A stretch of DNA of 64,000 nucleotides, taken from Nitrospirota bacterium (GTDB taxonomy: Bacteria; Nitrospirota; UBA9217). Positions 21,351 through 31,126 of the stretch are shown here, piece after piece. The translations under genes and the position numbers were made by a program. The first letter of the stretch is position 1, and each line of letters starts with the position of its first letter. The stretch lies in assembly GCA_963845065.1 (NCBI GenBank), contig CAWJQQ010000009.1, positions 1,233,631 through 1,297,630 of the forward strand, written 5' to 3'. The notes under the pieces were generated by a model. It did no database searches. It was not told the DNA's origin and saw nothing but the letters and a program-made list of their open reading frames with translations.

Positions 21351-22409
21351 TCAGAGCCTGAATCGCTCTGGGTCGATCTTGCCGTCGGCGAGTTTGTGGA
21401 GATCCTTGGGCAGGAACGCTCCCTTTTCAGTGATAATAGCCGTGATATATCGGGCCGGCGTAACGTCGAACGCCGGGTTAGCGACTTTGACGCCATCCGG
21501 AGCTATCTGTACTTTTCCGAGCACATGTGTTACCTCGCGAGGATCGCGCTCTTCGATCGGAATGTCGGCGCCTGATTCGATGTTGAAATCGATGCTTGAT
21601 AGCGGTGCAGCCACGTAGAAGGGGATGCCGTGTTCCTTGCAGAGTACGGCGAGGCTGTAGGTGCCGATTTTGTTTGCCACATCGCCATTTTGAGCAATAC
21701 GATCAGCTCCGACGATAGCCAGATCAATCATATCGCGGTAGAGGAAGTAGCCTGCCATGTTGTCAGAGATGAGCGTGCAGGGAATGTTTTCCTGCATGAG
21801 TTCCCATGCAGTCAACCGTGCGCCTTGGAGCACGGGTCGTGTCTCGTCGACATAAACGTGGATTTTCTTTTCATCTTCGACTGCCGAGCGCATGATTCCC
21901 TCGGCTGTTCCGTAACCAGCTGTCGCGATAGAGCCAGCATTGCAGTGTGTAATGATGTTATCACCATCAGAGACAAACTCCGCGCCAAAAGCGCCAATCT
22001 TTTTGTTAGTTGCTATGTCATCATCGATCATACTCTGGGATTCCTCGACGAGTAGGTCCTTGATCGTGTCAAGGTCCTTGTCCTTGTTCCTCTGTACGAG
22101 TTTTTTGATTCGCTCGATAGCCCAGAACAGGTTCACTGCCGTAGGCCGCGTTGCCGCCATGGTGGAGCAAATCTCCTCGAATTTAGGCCAGAACTCGTCG
22201 AAAGAGTTCGCTGATATCTGACGGGCGCCAAGCGCAAGGCCCATGGCAGCCGTCACACCAATTGCCGGCGCACCGCGCACCCAAAGTTCCTTGATTCCTC
22301 TGGCAACGGTTTCATAGTCTTTGCAATCGATATAGATTGTCTCAAAGGGTAGTTTTGTCTGGTCCAGCATCCGGACGATGCCATTTTTCCATTCGATGGT
22401 GGGGATCAT
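21351..22409 (-). CDS. mtnA: S-methyl-5-thioribose-1-phosphate isomerase
   Basis: VRGAPAIG, TRPTAVNL, THCNAG, ETRPVLQGARLT, NKIGTY, NPAFDVTP. Confidence 0.95.
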   Translation of the reverse strand: MIPTIEWKNGIVRMLDQTKLPFETIYIDCKDYETVARGIKELWVRGAPAIGVTAAMGLALGARQISANSFDEFWPKFEEICSTMAATRPTAVNLFWAIERIKKLVQRNKDKDLDTIKDLLVEESQSMIDDDIATNKKIGAFGAEFVSDGDNIITHCNAGSIATAGYGTAEGIMRSAVEDEKKIHVYVDETRPVLQGARLTAWELMQENIPCTLISDNMAGYFLYRDMIDLAIVGADRIAQNGDVANKIGTYSLAVLCKEHGIPFYVAAPLSSIDFNIESGADIPIEERDPREVTHVLGKVQIAPDGVKVANPAFDVTPARYITAIITEKGAFLPKDLHKLADGKIDPERFRL

Positions 22410-22582
22410 GCATGGTCTCCTTTGGGGTAGTGATACGGAAATACAACACTTGCGACTTAAATATAAAGGAATATGCACGTATTGTCAAAAAGAATCTGAA
22501 TACGGACTGGGAATTGTATGGATGGCATAGACCTGTTGGTCTGGTCCGGGAGAACGAAGGACGCAGAGCGGGATCGGCCCCA

Positions 22583-23266
22583 TCAGCTTTCGCGTCGCTG
22601 TCGAATCGGTTCGCAGGCCATGTGGCGGATGACCTTGCCTTTGACCAGGTATACGACCATTTCGGCGATGTTAGTCGCATGGTCAGCTATACGCTCCAGA
22701 TACTTCGTGATGTAGGTAAGCCGCACGGCACGCGAGATGTTCTTTGGGTCTTGCAGCATGAACACGAGCAGTTCGTTGAATATTTGCTGGTTTAGGTTGT
22801 CCACGAAGTCGTCGGATGTACAGACCTGCATGGCCAGGTCGGCATCGCGGGCCACAAATGCGTCGAGGCTTTCCTTGAGCATCTTCTGAGACGCCTCAGC
22901 CATACGTGGAAGGTCGATATAGGGCTTGAGCGGCGGCTCATTCTCCAGCTCAAGTGCGCGTTCGCAAATGTCTACGGCTAGATCACCCATACGCTCCAGA
23001 TCGGTGATGATCCTGATGGCCGTTGTAACAAAACGGAGGTTGCTGCCTGTGGGCTGCCATAGGGCGATGAACCTAATGCACTCTTCTTCGATATCGACAT
23101 CGAAATTGTTCACAATTGCATCGCCATCGATCACTTCGAGTGCCAATTGACGGTCCCGCTCCATTAGTGCTTTCATGGACTTCCTTATCGCGTCTTCGAC
23201 AAAGCTTCCCATCGTAAGCAAACGTTCCTTGAGCTTTTCGAGTTCCTGCTCTTTTTGATTGGTCAT
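22583..23266 (-). CDS. phoU: Phosphate signalling complex protein PhoU
   Basis: DLERMGDLA and YLERIADHATNIAE repeats; ATG 23266 follows AAGGAG. Confidence 0.95.
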   Translation of the reverse strand: MTNQKEQELEKLKERLLTMGSFVEDAIRKSMKALMERDRQLALEVIDGDAIVNNFDVDIEEECIRFIALWQPTGSNLRFVTTAIRIITDLERMGDLAVDICERALELENEPPLKPYIDLPRMAEASQKMLKESLDAFVARDADLAMQVCTSDDFVDNLNQQIFNELLVFMLQDPKNISRAVRLTYITKYLERIADHATNIAEMVVYLVKGKVIRHMACEPIRQRRES

Positions 23267-23376
23267 GTGTTCTCCTTTAATATAGGGACCGCGGTACAGG
23301 TAACTGCTCAAAAAACTTTGTTCTGGTTAAAGGTGGTAAATTCTCTGACCTCGCCACTGGACCCTGTCCCCACATT

Positions 23377-24141
23377 TTAACCGAACCTTCCTGTAATGTA
23401 ATCATCAGTTTGTTTTTTATCTGGGTTCGTGAAGATTTTTTCCGTTGTGCCGTATTCTATCAACTCACCCATGTACAGAAAGCCCGTCATATCGGACACA
23501 CGCGCAGCTTGCTGCATGTTGTGAGTGACGATAATGATCGAGACGTCCTTCTTCAAATTTACCACGAGTTCTTCTATTTTCGCCGTCGAGATGGGGTCCA
23601 GCGCAGACGTGGGTTCGTCAAAGAGCAACACCTCTGGCAAGACGGCCAGGGCGCGGGCGATCACGAGCCGTTGCTGCTGTCCGCCTGAGAGTTCGTAAGC
23701 GCTGGAATTCAATTTATCACGGACTTCTTCCCAGAGCGCAGCGTGTTTGAGCGTTTGTTCGATGCGGTCAATGAGTTCCGATTTATTCTTGATGCCTTTT
23801 AGCCTGAGGCCGTAGGCGATGTTTTCAGCGATGGACATGGGGAAGGGCGTAGGCTTCTGAAACACCATGCCGATACGGCTCCTGAGATTGATCAGGTCAA
23901 GGTGGTCTGCAAGAATGTTCTGCCCCTGAAAGATGATCTCCCCCCCATACCGGTTTTTCGGATATAAATCGTGCATGCGGTTGAAGCACCGGAGCAGCGT
24001 TGTCTTTCCGCAACCCGACGGCCCGATCAATGCTGTGACGTTGTTCTTATATATCGGCAGCGATATTGACCTGAGTGCATGAATATCACCGTTATAGTAG
24101 AAGTCCAAGTCCTTGACTTGAATCTCGATTTTTCCTGTCAT
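23377..24141 (-). CDS. pstB: Phosphate ABC transporter ATPase
   Basis: [41 protein letters not shown]. Confidence 0.97.
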   Translation of the reverse strand: MTGKIEIQVKDLDFYYNGDIHALRSISLPIYKNNVTALIGPSGCGKTTLLRCFNRMHDLYPKNRYGGEIIFQGQNILADHLDLINLRSRIGMVFQKPTPFPMSIAENIAYGLRLKGIKNKSELIDRIEQTLKHAALWEEVRDKLNSSAYELSGGQQQRLVIARALAVLPEVLLFDEPTSALDPISTAKIEELVVNLKKDVSIIIVTHNMQQAARVSDMTGFLYMGELIEYGTTEKIFTNPDKKQTDDYITGRFG

Positions 24142-24967
24142 CGTTTTAACCTCCAGCGAATGGTCACTCCCCCGATAAGCGTAAGGGCGAGGGTAAAAAG
24201 CGTAATCACGACGATGCGCTCCTCGCTTGAGTATGCCAGCTAATGTAGGGCCCCATAGTGCATTGGGAAATGGTGACGGTGTGCGATGACAGAGGACCGC
24301 TCATGCTTTCCCGTGAAAAGTTGTTGTTAAACGAAGAAAAGAACGGCTGAGCGGTCTTGTATGCACCGCGCGCTATGATGACTGTCAGGATGACTATGGC
24401 TGCACCGAGGTATACGACTTGGACGATCACCTTAAATACGGTACACAGAGCGCTAAGGTTGCCTCGTGCAGGGACCAAGGTATGAGTGACGGTATGTCCT
24501 CCATCGTCCGGAGCACGAATGGGATCATTATGTTCGAAAGTGCGAATGCACCGATCCATCCCCGATGCGGTCGGACCATGATCGCATACACGAACGAACG
24601 CGCCCACTACGATCGATGGCACGCGCATCATGATGTCGGAAAGAATGCTGATCGTTCTCGAAATTTTGCTCCCCCGAATATATTCCTCGAGGAACGCGCA
24701 ACCGAGAACTCCAACCGGAACTCCTATCAATGTGGCAGTAAAGGTGATCGGCAGCTGTCCGACAAAGGCTTTTTGTAGTTCTGCTCCCTCGACGCCGTCA
24801 GGAGCAGAGTCGTTTATGTCCGGGTTAAGCCGCAGAAGAGTGCCAATACCGTGTATAACGACGTCCGAGAGTATGTACGCGAGCCAGAAAAGGCCGATCG
24901 CTGAGGTGGCGCCGGAAAGAGAGAGCGCACTGATGCTTTTTATTTTACGTTTTTGTTCTGTTGTCAT
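24138..24967 (-). pseudogene. pstA: Decayed phosphate ABC permease PstA
   Basis: PstA-like N-terminus (LIGVPVGV..FLEEY, VPSIVVGAF), followed by several frameshifts; the C-terminal [18 protein letters not shown] is in another frame and overlaps the pstB start. Confidence 0.8.
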
Positions 24968-25079
24968 GATAAGGCTTGGATCTTTTTTGAGTAATCAAAG
25001 GATAAATTATAGCCAAATGTCTGATACTAAAGGTTAATTCTACTACATATTCAGCATGTTGTCCAGTCGAGTAAATTGA

Positions 25080-25405
25080 TCTTAATCTCTTATATTTACT
25101 TTCGGCATTCAGGAAAAGAAGCTTCGCAATGGCGAGGACAATGAAGCTCATCGCGAAAAGGACGAGCGCCAGATAGTAGAGCGAAGAGAAAGGTGGGTGT
25201 CCGCCTCTTTAAACTTGTTAGCAAGGCTCACGGTTATGGTCAAGGCCGCTGCGAGGAGCGACGTGGCGATTTTGTGGTTGTAGCCAAGCACGAAGGCAAC
25301 AGCCATTGTCTCGCCCAACACCCGGATCAAGGGAAGCGTAGCGCGCCCGAACATCCGCAGTTTGAAATAACGAATGACAACGTTCTACACAGTTGCCCTA
25401 ACGTG
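25080..25405 (-). pseudogene. pstC: 3' remnant of phosphate ABC permease PstC
   Basis: LGETMAVAFVLG motif and TITVSLANKFKEAD; frameshifted; 5' part missing. Confidence 0.75.
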
Positions 25406-25543
25406 TTATTGAGTGTAAAAATATCGCATATTATTTACTTTTTATTACATATATGACCTACATTCCGCTAGTACGTGGTATGCGATTCTGAATTAATATG
25501 CGATATGTTTCAATGAGTTACTTATCCCTTACGAATCGTCCAA

Positions 25544-25933
25544 TTACTCATATTTAACGTTTTTTAATTTTAGCACTGATTTTAGCAACTTTATTTCCTC
25601 ACCATTTAGTTTGGCAAGATCACTAATCGCTTTTTTATGTTCCCTGTAATTTTCGGACAGTTTTCGCACCATCACGCGATCTGCAACTCGAACTACCTGA
25701 TTTTTCAATTTCCCGTTCTCCAGGCGAGAAAGTCTTGTGACTGGATGAATAGGCTTCTTGGCACAATGACATCCCTCGTGACCACATCGAACCAGCGAAT
25801 CTCTTAGGCTTCCCACAATAAGCTTGGCATCACTCAGCAGGATTTTGATGAGACGGTTACGTTCTTTTTCCGCTGCGTATATTTTTACTCTTCTTTTATT
25901 TATTATTTTAATTGACATAGCTAATGTTAACAT
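25544..25933 (-). CDS. IS-associated small Cys/His protein (DUF6788-like)
   Basis: GSLRDSLVRCGHEGCHCAKKPIHP motif followed by a basic coiled-coil tail; lies inside the IS1634 TIRs. Confidence 0.7.
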   Translation of the reverse strand: MLTLAMSIKIINKRRVKIYAAEKERNRLIKILLSDAKLIVGSLRDSLVRCGHEGCHCAKKPIHPVTRLSRLENGKLKNQVVRVADRVMVRKLSENYREHKKAISDLAKLNGEEIKLLKSVLKLKNVKYE

Positions 25934-25970
25934 ATATAATAAATTAACATAAGCTACAGGCTATTGTCAA
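25912..25970. promoter_or_regulatory. Overlapping divergent sigma70 promoters in IS1634
   Basis: + strand TTGACA(25912-17)-17 bp-TATAAT(25935-40), a perfect consensus; - strand TTGACA(25970-65)-18 bp-TAATTT with TG extension. Confidence 0.75.
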
Positions 25971-25971
25971 T

Positions 25972-27645
25972 ATGATAATTCAGCAAGGGTTAAGAAAAGA
26001 TGTTACTCATAAAAAGTCTCTGATAGGGGCTCACCCGATCATTCAGTTTTTTATGGATAAGCTGAAAATGGATGAGATTATCGGATCATATGTCAAACAA
26101 GACAAGCGGATGAAGTTGAGTGTGGAAAAGACTATCTGTGTCATGATTCACAATTGTTTGACATCACCGCTGCCAATGTACGAGCTTGAGGAATGGATCA
26201 GACCGTTGGATGAGGGGACAATTGGTTTACAATCAGGTGAAACTTTCTTGATAAACGACGATCGCGCCGGCAAGGCGCTTGATAGCCTTTATTCCGGTCG
26301 GCACAAAGATATATTCTTTCATCTGGCGCTCAGGGCAATTAAACTGTTTGATCTCGATTGCCGTCAGATCCATCAAGATACGACAACTATCACCTTTTCG
26401 GGCAAGTATGCCGGATGGTCCGCCCAACAACTGATGACCCATGGCGTGAACAAGGACCATCGGCCCGATCTGAAGCAGCTGGTATTGGGTATGTCGGTTA
26501 CTTCCGATGGCGCTGTGCCTCTCGTCCATGAGATTTATGACGGCAATCAGACCGACGATCGCCTTCATCCAGCAAACCATGCCCGGTTGCGAAAACTGCT
26601 TAAGCGGTCTGATTTTATTTACGTGGCCGATTGCAAGCTGGCCACCGAGGACAACCTGCGCAAGATTACCGCGTGCGAGGGGCTCTTTGTCAGTGTTATG
26701 CCGAGATCTTGGAAAGAGGACAAGGCGTTTCGTGAGCGTGTGCGCAAGGGCGGGGTTGAGTGGGCACACCTATTAACCAGGCCGAATAATCGAAAGCCCG
26801 AGTCAACACGTGATCACTATTATTTGGCTGCAGGGCAGTACCACACGTCAAAAGGATATCGTTTGCTGTGGATTCGCAGCACGCAAAAGGCGGCGCAAGA
26901 CGCGGAGACAAGGCAAAGGAATATTGATAAAACAGTTACGATGCTCAGGGAGGTACAAACACGTCTCAACAAATATACTCTTAAGACCCACAAAAATATC
27001 GAGGAAAGAATAACGGCAATTCTCAAACAGCATAAGTGCTCCGATTTAATCGTGTATGAGATTCACCGGGAAATCCAAAATATAATCCACCATAGAAAAG
27101 CGGGGCGGCCAGGTACCTCCGATGTCGGTTCATCCATTGAACAGGAATATTTCACCCTCTCTTTTCAATTGAACGACGTTCGCATGAGGGAAGAAACGTT
27201 GACTGACGGAGTATTTCCTTTGATCACGAACTTAAAGGATCGTACTCCAAAAGAAATTCTTGAGATTTACAAGTATCAGCCCTTTTTAGAAAAACGCCAT
27301 TCGCAATTGAAAACCTACCAGGAAATTGCACCCGCATTTCTCAAAAAGTCTGAACGAGTGATTGCATATCTCCATATGAATGTCATGGCTCTTATGGTTG
27401 CCACTCTTCTTGAGCGCCAGTTAAGACTCGCGATGAAACGTAATGCCATTGCCTCTCTCCCGCTTTACCCGGAAGGGAAACCTTGCAAATATCCCACGAC
27501 TTTTGATATCGTGAGGCTGTTTAAGGGTGTCGAGAGATATGAAGTTGTGCAAGGTGAAACTGTGCACTTATTTCCAGCTGAATTAAACAGCACGCAAAAA
27601 CAGGTGCTCAAGCTATTGGGAGTGCCTGCCTCATCGTATCTGTAA
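25972..27645 (+). CDS. IS1634-family DDE transposase
   Basis: INDDRAGKALD, IHQDTTT, GVNKDHRPDLKQ, DGNQTD, YVADCKL, YKYQPFLEKRH. Confidence 0.92.
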   Translation: MIIQQGLRKDVTHKKSLIGAHPIIQFFMDKLKMDEIIGSYVKQDKRMKLSVEKTICVMIHNCLTSPLPMYELEEWIRPLDEGTIGLQSGETFLINDDRAGKALDSLYSGRHKDIFFHLALRAIKLFDLDCRQIHQDTTTITFSGKYAGWSAQQLMTHGVNKDHRPDLKQLVLGMSVTSDGAVPLVHEIYDGNQTDDRLHPANHARLRKLLKRSDFIYVADCKLATEDNLRKITACEGLFVSVMPRSWKEDKAFRERVRKGGVEWAHLLTRPNNRKPESTRDHYYLAAGQYHTSKGYRLLWIRSTQKAAQDAETRQRNIDKTVTMLREVQTRLNKYTLKTHKNIEERITAILKQHKCSDLIVYEIHREIQNIIHHRKAGRPGTSDVGSSIEQEYFTLSFQLNDVRMREETLTDGVFPLITNLKDRTPKEILEIYKYQPFLEKRHSQLKTYQEIAPAFLKKSERVIAYLHMNVMALMVATLLERQLRLAMKRNAIASLPLYPEGKPCKYPTTFDIVRLFKGVERYEVVQGETVHLFPAELNSTQKQVLKLLGVPASSYL

Positions 27646-27719
27646 AAAATGCGTCAATTTTGGGAGTGAAATTAATTCAGAAACTACGATCAGCAACTAG
27701 CGGAATGTAGGATATGATA

Positions 27720-29525
27720 CCTGAATCTTGCATGATGCTTATGAATAAAAGATAAAACCATACGGGTTACACTGATATAATGCGGTTATCTCGCGAACAA
27801 CCCATTGTGACAGGAGGTAACCCATATGGTTAAGCGACAAAAGAAGGATAACGTAAAAAGGGCCGTAAATCAAGGTCAGAATCAAGGCCAGGAGAAGGCG
27901 GCTAAAATCAGCCCCTATACGAGCTATGAGTATTGCAGCGAACGTCTCAGCCCATTCGGCGGGCTTCTGGCGCTCACGAAGTTTCTAGATGCAGTGAAGT
28001 TCCAGGAGCTCTTCGAGGGTTTCTATCAGCCGCCCGGACGCACACCGGCACAAGGGCACTATCAAACGGTATGCGGGATATTGGTCTTGCTCTTCATCGG
28101 ATTTTCACGGCTGTGGCATATTCTGTATATTCGTACCGATCCCCTGGTCTGCGCGATGTTCGGAGTCGAGCAGCTTCCGCATGCCACGACCTATTGGCGC
28201 TACGTGAAATCACTCGGCCTTAATCAGGGGAAATCGTTGCTTCTGGTCATGGCGGCACTCCGTGAGCGAGTGTGGCAGTTGTGCGAACTTAAATACTCCA
28301 CGATCCACGTAAACATGGATACTACGGTCGAAACCATCTTCGGCGATCAGGAGGGCGGCCGCAAAGGACACAACACGAAGTATCGGGGCAAAAAGGCATA
28401 CCGGCCCGTGCTCTGTCTGATCGAGGAAACCCGGGAATATCTGGCTGGAAAGCTCCGAAGGGGCGCGACCATGTCTGGAAAAGAGATTGCGGAGGTGATC
28501 CGGAGTCTCAAAAAATATATTCCCGCCTGCGTCAAGAAGGTTATTCTTCGGGGTGACGGCGAGTTCATCAGTTGGGACTCGGTAAAGGCCGCTGCGGATG
28601 AAGGGTATCTGTACATCTTCGGCAACAAGGGTTGCAAGCCGCCCTTTGATTCCAAAACGTGGTACAAGGCGCGCCAGAATGATAGCGAAGAATACAACGA
28701 CTGCTGGTACAAACCTATGGGGTGGCCGGAAGCGTGCCGTTTTGTTTCCATGCGCATTCCAGGGAAGAAATCGGACAAGGCTGACACCCAGATAGAGCTT
28801 TTGCAAGACGGCGGCTACGTGCACCGGGAATTCGTCACTAACTATCCGGGCAAACCTCATCAGGCAATCGATGAGTATGATAAGCGCGCGGACTGTGAGA
28901 ACCAGATCGGTGAGGTGAAGCGGGAAGGATTGTCGGCCATTCCCTCTCAACGGTTCCTGAGCAACTACGCTTATTTTCAGATCGTTCTCCTCGCGTACAA
29001 TCTTTGGCGGTCATTCAAGATGGTCGCGGAGCATGGTGAAGCGAAACAGAGAAACGAGGACGAGAAGCAGTCGGCTCTCGGTTTATGCGGCATTCAGGAC
29101 AACACGATTCGCATCGCACGCTTGAAACTGCTTATGATCGCGGCGAAGCTGGTATGCACTGGCAATACAACCAAGGTGAAATACTCCGAACACGACAGCC
29201 GGGCTGACGGTCTTTTCCAATACATGGCGCATCTTGACCAGATTCGCAGACGGGATCGACCGTGGCTTGACGGCAGTCTCTGGCAGTGTCGGCATATGGA
29301 AGGTTTGAAGCTCAAGACCGTATCACGCTCTCCTTGATAGACTTGTGCAAGAAATTTCTTGCACGTTAAAGTGTGAGAAACATGAGTTTGAGTCTTCTCA
29401 GCTTTATGTGATGAAAAAATGTTGTTGATAAGGCAAAATGATGGCTATCGTGGGCCCGTGGAGAGTGCGGAAGTCAAAAGCACGCCGACGAGTCGGGAGA
29501 ACTACGTTTTCGTGCAAGATTAAGG
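27720..29525 (+). mobile_element. IS1380-family element
   Basis: TIRs CCTGAATCTTGCA / TGCAAGATTAAGG (12/13); 5-bp TSD TGATA (27715-27719 and 29526-29530). Confidence 0.9.
27826..29337 (+). CDS. IS1380-family DDE transposase
   Basis: LSPFGGL, VNMDTT, YRPVL, LRGDGEF, YDKRADCENQIGEVK, LLAYNL; SD AGGAGG. Confidence 0.9.
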   Translation: MVKRQKKDNVKRAVNQGQNQGQEKAAKISPYTSYEYCSERLSPFGGLLALTKFLDAVKFQELFEGFYQPPGRTPAQGHYQTVCGILVLLFIGFSRLWHILYIRTDPLVCAMFGVEQLPHATTYWRYVKSLGLNQGKSLLLVMAALRERVWQLCELKYSTIHVNMDTTVETIFGDQEGGRKGHNTKYRGKKAYRPVLCLIEETREYLAGKLRRGATMSGKEIAEVIRSLKKYIPACVKKVILRGDGEFISWDSVKAAADEGYLYIFGNKGCKPPFDSKTWYKARQNDSEEYNDCWYKPMGWPEACRFVSMRIPGKKSDKADTQIELLQDGGYVHREFVTNYPGKPHQAIDEYDKRADCENQIGEVKREGLSAIPSQRFLSNYAYFQIVLLAYNLWRSFKMVAEHGEAKQRNEDEKQSALGLCGIQDNTIRIARLKLLMIAAKLVCTGNTTKVKYSEHDSRADGLFQYMAHLDQIRRRDRPWLDGSLWQCRHMEGLKLKTVSRSP

Positions 29526-29539
29526 TGATATATCATTTA

Positions 29540-29660
29540 AAAGAAACTTAGCGTGTATGGTCAAAACAACAGGGGATGAACTATCGCACGGCATGGAGGT
29601 GAGATGATGGAATACCGGAGAACTTCCTGTTGGAATAGAGCAAATGCCATCTGGCACGCA
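29540..29660 (+). pseudogene. Remnant of the N-terminal HTH of an IS607 TnpA
   Basis: Reads KLSV/WSKQQGMNYRTAWR../WNTGELPVGIEQMPSGT with indels, closely matching MKLSVWAKQQGITYKAAWNWWKAGKLPVEAEQMPSGT of the intact TnpA at 30554. Confidence 0.8.
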
Positions 29661-29765
29661 GATTGAGATAGGATGGGGAAAAGGGACACCAAAGTCGTGT
29701 TAAAATACAATTAACGCTTATCAGCTCATTGTAAATTCGTTGACTCTATTTTGGAGGACAAGATC

Positions 29766-30335
29766 ATGAATGCAGTCATTGAAGCAATCAAAAAAAGACG
29801 ATCTGTAAGGGCCTATGAAACAAAGTTGATTCCGAGAAACATCCTGAATGCGATTATCGATGCAGGGAACGATGCGCCGTCTGCGCAGAACAGCCAGCCT
29901 TGGAGGTTCGTAGTAGTAGAAGACAGGGAAATGAAAAAGAAGCTGCTCGGCGCGGCCTTGCCGCAGGCAAAGAAGATCGCGGAAATGGTAAAGGACGTTG
30001 ATCCGAACCGGTACGAGCTGATGAAAAAACGCTATGCCGAATTGCCTGATCCTGTATATTATTCAGCGCCGGCAATCGTGTTCGTCGTTGGCAGCGGACG
30101 GTACGCCGCTCATTCCTGCCCCTTAGCTTGCGAGAACATGATGCTTGCGGCCCAATCGCTAGGGCTCGGAAGTTGCTGGGTTGGGTTTGGTGCAATGGTG
30201 ACCGAGGACCCGGAGGTCAGAATTATTCTTGAACTGAGGGAAGATGAAACAATATTTGGGCCTATTCTGCTTGGTTATCCAAATGGTGAAACAAAACGCC
30301 CACCAAAGAAGCAGCCACAGGTGAAATGGATATAA
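29766..30335 (+). CDS. Nitroreductase family protein
   Basis: IKKRRSVRAY, APSAQNSQPWRFVVV, ENMMLAAQSLGLGSCWVG, LGYP; SD GGAGG. Confidence 0.92.
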   Translation: MNAVIEAIKKRRSVRAYETKLIPRNILNAIIDAGNDAPSAQNSQPWRFVVVEDREMKKKLLGAALPQAKKIAEMVKDVDPNRYELMKKRYAELPDPVYYSAPAIVFVVGSGRYAAHSCPLACENMMLAAQSLGLGSCWVGFGAMVTEDPEVRIILELREDETIFGPILLGYPNGETKRPPKKQPQVKWI

Positions 30336-30553
30336 TGCTAATGCAAAATGAAGCGAGCTAACCCGGGTAAGCCGGAGCCAATGACGTTAAGTAATGAATA
30401 TACCGAGGATTAAGTGGGATTAAAGTTGGATAAAGCGGCTTTAACTTATAATAGAATTCGACTGAGGTAGGATTTCCATCTGATATTGTCAGGGGTTGGT
30501 AACTGTTCATTATTTAGTGGTATATTGTAGAAATATATGCTATAATATTAACT

Positions 30554-31126
30554 ATGAAATTAAGCGTATGGGCCAAACAACAGGGGATTACATACAAAGC
30601 GGCATGGAACTGGTGGAAGGCCGGCAAGCTGCCGGTTGAAGCGGAACAGATGCCGTCCGGCACTATTATCATCAAAGAGCAAAAAACGGATTCAACAGGG
30701 GCTGCGGCTCTTTATGCCAGAGTATCCGGCCATGACCAGAAGAACGACCTGGACGCGCAAATCGGCCGGTTGTCACAGTTTGCCGCGTCGCAGAAATTGG
30801 CTGTTACCATGGCTGTTACGGAGATCGGTTCAGGTCTGAACGGGCATAGGCCAAAGCTCATGAAGCTGCTTGCAAATCCAGCGGTAAGTATTATCGTTGT
30901 CGAACATCGCGATCGGCTGATGAGATTCGGTTCTGAATATGTAGAATCATCACTTCATGCTCAAGGCAGAAGGCTCATCATTATGGACCAGACGGAACTT
31001 AAAGATGACCTTGTGCAGGATATGAGAGAGGTGCTGACGTCATTTTGCGCGAGACTGTACGGACGCAGGTCCGCAGCCAACAAGGCAAAAAAGGCGATTG
31101 AGGCTATGAACGATGGCAAGCAGTAA
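30554..31126 (+). CDS. tnpA: IS607 serine recombinase TnpA
   Basis: N-terminal HTH, YARVS catalytic Ser, EIGSGLNGHR, EHRDRLMRFG, SFCARLYGRRS. Confidence 0.95.
   Translation: MKLSVWAKQQGITYKAAWNWWKAGKLPVEAEQMPSGTIIIKEQKTDSTGAAALYARVSGHDQKNDLDAQIGRLSQFAASQKLAVTMAVTEIGSGLNGHRPKLMKLLANPAVSIIVVEHRDRLMRFGSEYVESSLHAQGRRLIIMDQTELKDDLVQDMREVLTSFCARLYGRRSAANKAKKAIEAMNDGKQ

Larger units (their letters stand above)
25457..27711 (+). mobile_element. IS1634-family element with an accessory gene
   Basis: Perfect 16-bp TIR CCTACATTCCGCTAGT plus a second 12-bp IR TTCTGAATTAAT 13 bp further in; 6-bp TSD ATATGA (25451-25456 and 27712-27717). Confidence 0.92.
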
